Below are positions 30,537 through 32,000 of a stretch of DNA of 32,000 nt, one piece after another (within the stretch, counting starts at the first letter, position 1; each line of letters starts with the position of its first letter). The notes under the pieces are model-generated. The model was not told the origin of the DNA. It saw only the letters and a list, made by a program, of their open reading frames with translations, and made no database searches. Made by a program: the position numbers and the translations under genes. Location of the stretch: NCBI RefSeq assembly GCF_000011805.1, contig NC_006840.2. The stretch is one strand, 5' to 3'. The DNA is from Aliivibrio fischeri ES114 (GTDB lineage Bacteria > Pseudomonadota > Gammaproteobacteria > Enterobacterales > Vibrionaceae).

Positions 30537-31760
30537 GTGAAAATTTATTTAGTTGGCGGTGCAGTTCGAGATTCACTTCTCAATATTGATGTAAAAGACA
30601 AAGACTGGGTTGTTGTTGGTTCGACTCCACAGAAAATGGATTCTCTCGGTTATCAAACCGTTGGACAAGATTTCCCTGTGTTTCTGAACCCGAAAACTAA
30701 AGAAGAATACGCACTCGCCCGAACGGAACGAAAAAGCGGTCAAGGTTATAAAGGATTTACTTGCTATGCAGAGCCAGATGTCACATTAGAAGAAGATTTA
30801 TTACGCCGAGACCTAACAATTAATGCCATCGCTCAAGCTGATAATGGTGAGCTCATCGACCCTTATAATGGCCAACAAGACATTATAGACCGCACACTTC
30901 GCCATGTATCTGATGCATTTACTGAAGATCCCTTGCGAGTTCTGCGTGTCGCTCGTTTTGCTGCTCGTTTTCATCATTTAGGCTTTACGGTTGCCCCTGA
31001 AACCATGCATCTAATGAAAGTATTAGTGGATAGTGGTGAACTCTCTCATTTAACAGCTGAGCGAGTGTGGCAAGAGTGGCAAAAATCATTATCTAGCCAG
31101 CACCCTGAAATCTTTCTTTCTACGCTAAAAGAGTGTGGTGCTCTTGCTATTGTGCTACCTGAACTCAATGCTTTATTTGGTATACCACAACCAGAAAAGT
31201 GGCACCCTGAAATTGATACGGGAATTCACACCCTAATGGTCGCTCAGCAAGCAGCTCTATTAAGCCAAGACTTACCGACTCGCTTTGCAGCGCAAGTGCA
31301 TGACCTTGGGAAAGGTGTCACGCCAGAATCAGAATGGCCAAGCCATAAACTGCATTGCCATACAGGGATAAAACTGATTAAAAGATTGTGTGATCGTGTT
31401 CGTGTACCAAATGACTATCGAGATCTTGCTCTATTAGTATGTGAGCATCACTCTAATATCCACAGAGCAGCAGAATTACGAGCACAAACCTTCATTAAAA
31501 TATTCGATAAAATGGATGTGTGGCGTAAACCAGAGCGCTTAGCTCCTATACTACTTTGCTGCCAAGCTGATCATGCAGGAAGATTGGGGTTAGAAACTCA
31601 ACCTTACCCACAAAAAAAACGTTTTGAAGCGGCATTTGATGCTGCAAAAAATGTGGAAGTGAAAGATGTGGTTGCAGCAGGATTTAAAGGACCTGAGATC
31701 AGAGAAGAGTTAAGCAAAAGACGAATTGAAGCGGTGAAAGATAAGTTGAATATCAAATAA
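30537..31760 (+). CDS. cca: Multifunctional CCA protein (tRNA nucleotidyltransferase)
   Basis: GTG start; [40 protein letters not shown], and C-terminal HD domain (QVHDLGKG). Confidence 0.96.
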   Translation: MKIYLVGGAVRDSLLNIDVKDKDWVVVGSTPQKMDSLGYQTVGQDFPVFLNPKTKEEYALARTERKSGQGYKGFTCYAEPDVTLEEDLLRRDLTINAIAQADNGELIDPYNGQQDIIDRTLRHVSDAFTEDPLRVLRVARFAARFHHLGFTVAPETMHLMKVLVDSGELSHLTAERVWQEWQKSLSSQHPEIFLSTLKECGALAIVLPELNALFGIPQPEKWHPEIDTGIHTLMVAQQAALLSQDLPTRFAAQVHDLGKGVTPESEWPSHKLHCHTGIKLIKRLCDRVRVPNDYRDLALLVCEHHSNIHRAAELRAQTFIKIFDKMDVWRKPERLAPILLCCQADHAGRLGLETQPYPQKKRFEAAFDAAKNVEVKDVVAAGFKGPEIREELSKRRIEAVKDKLNIK

Positions 31761-31811
31761 GCTATACGCACGCTAACTAGAACGCTTCGCTCTAGAAACT
31801 ATAAAAGCCAA

Positions 31812-31904
31812 GGTTTCAGGTTTCAGGTTTCAGGTTTCAGGTTTCAGGTTTCAGGTTTCAGGTTTCAGGTTTCAGGTTTCAGGTTTCAGGTTTCAGGTTT
31901 CAGG
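31812..31904. repeat. Perfect 7-bp tandem repeat (GGTTTCA)x13 plus GG
   Basis: Counted directly: 13 consecutive identical GGTTTCA units 31812-31902, followed by GG then AAAATC. Confidence 0.98.
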
Positions 31905-32000
31905 AAAATCAAAACCGAATACACCCAAAACCTGCAAGCATAATATCCTAAAGCCTAGAACATTGTCACTCTAGCAATACTTGCTCTATCGTCTCTAGTC

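Noticed and set aside
31812-31904. Heptamer array considered as CRISPR or as a coding repeat
   Set aside because: Contiguous 7-bp units with no spacers exclude CRISPR; no start/stop-bounded ORF with an RBS supports translation.
1-32000. Novel defence, phage, toxin-antitoxin, retron or biosynthetic system
   Set aside because: All major ORFs are recognisable housekeeping or well-known families, intergenic gaps are short, and there are no mobile-element genes; nothing supports a previously undescribed multi-gene system in this window.

Overview
This 32 kb window looks like a conserved chromosomal core segment of a low-GC Vibrionaceae member, probably Aliivibrio (inference from protein character and gene order; not checked by search). 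Gene order: petC(partial)-petB-petA; rpsI-rplM; zapE <> zapG(yhcB); degQ-degS; parC-parE; yqiA-cpdA-yqiB-nudF <> tolC; hldE-glnE; methyl-accepting chemotaxis protein <> voltage-gated-type K+ channel; ygiF (CYTH/CHAD) <> DUF47 protein-PiT phosphate transporter; SH3-domain protein (ygiM-like); gspB-gspA <> cca; and a 13-copy 7-bp tandem repeat after cca. I found no tRNA/rRNA, CRISPR array, transposase, phage gene or defence island, and no convincing undescribed multi-gene system. The observations most worth following up are: the perfect (GGTTTCA)13 array after cca; a structured rplM-rpsI leader candidate; perfect palindromes in the zapE/zapG and MCP/channel divergent intergenic regions; a tandem double hairpin after rpsI; and the lineage-variable insertion of sensory/ion-channel, phosphate-transport and gspAB genes into what is hldE-glnE-ygiF-ygiM-cca in E. 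coli.
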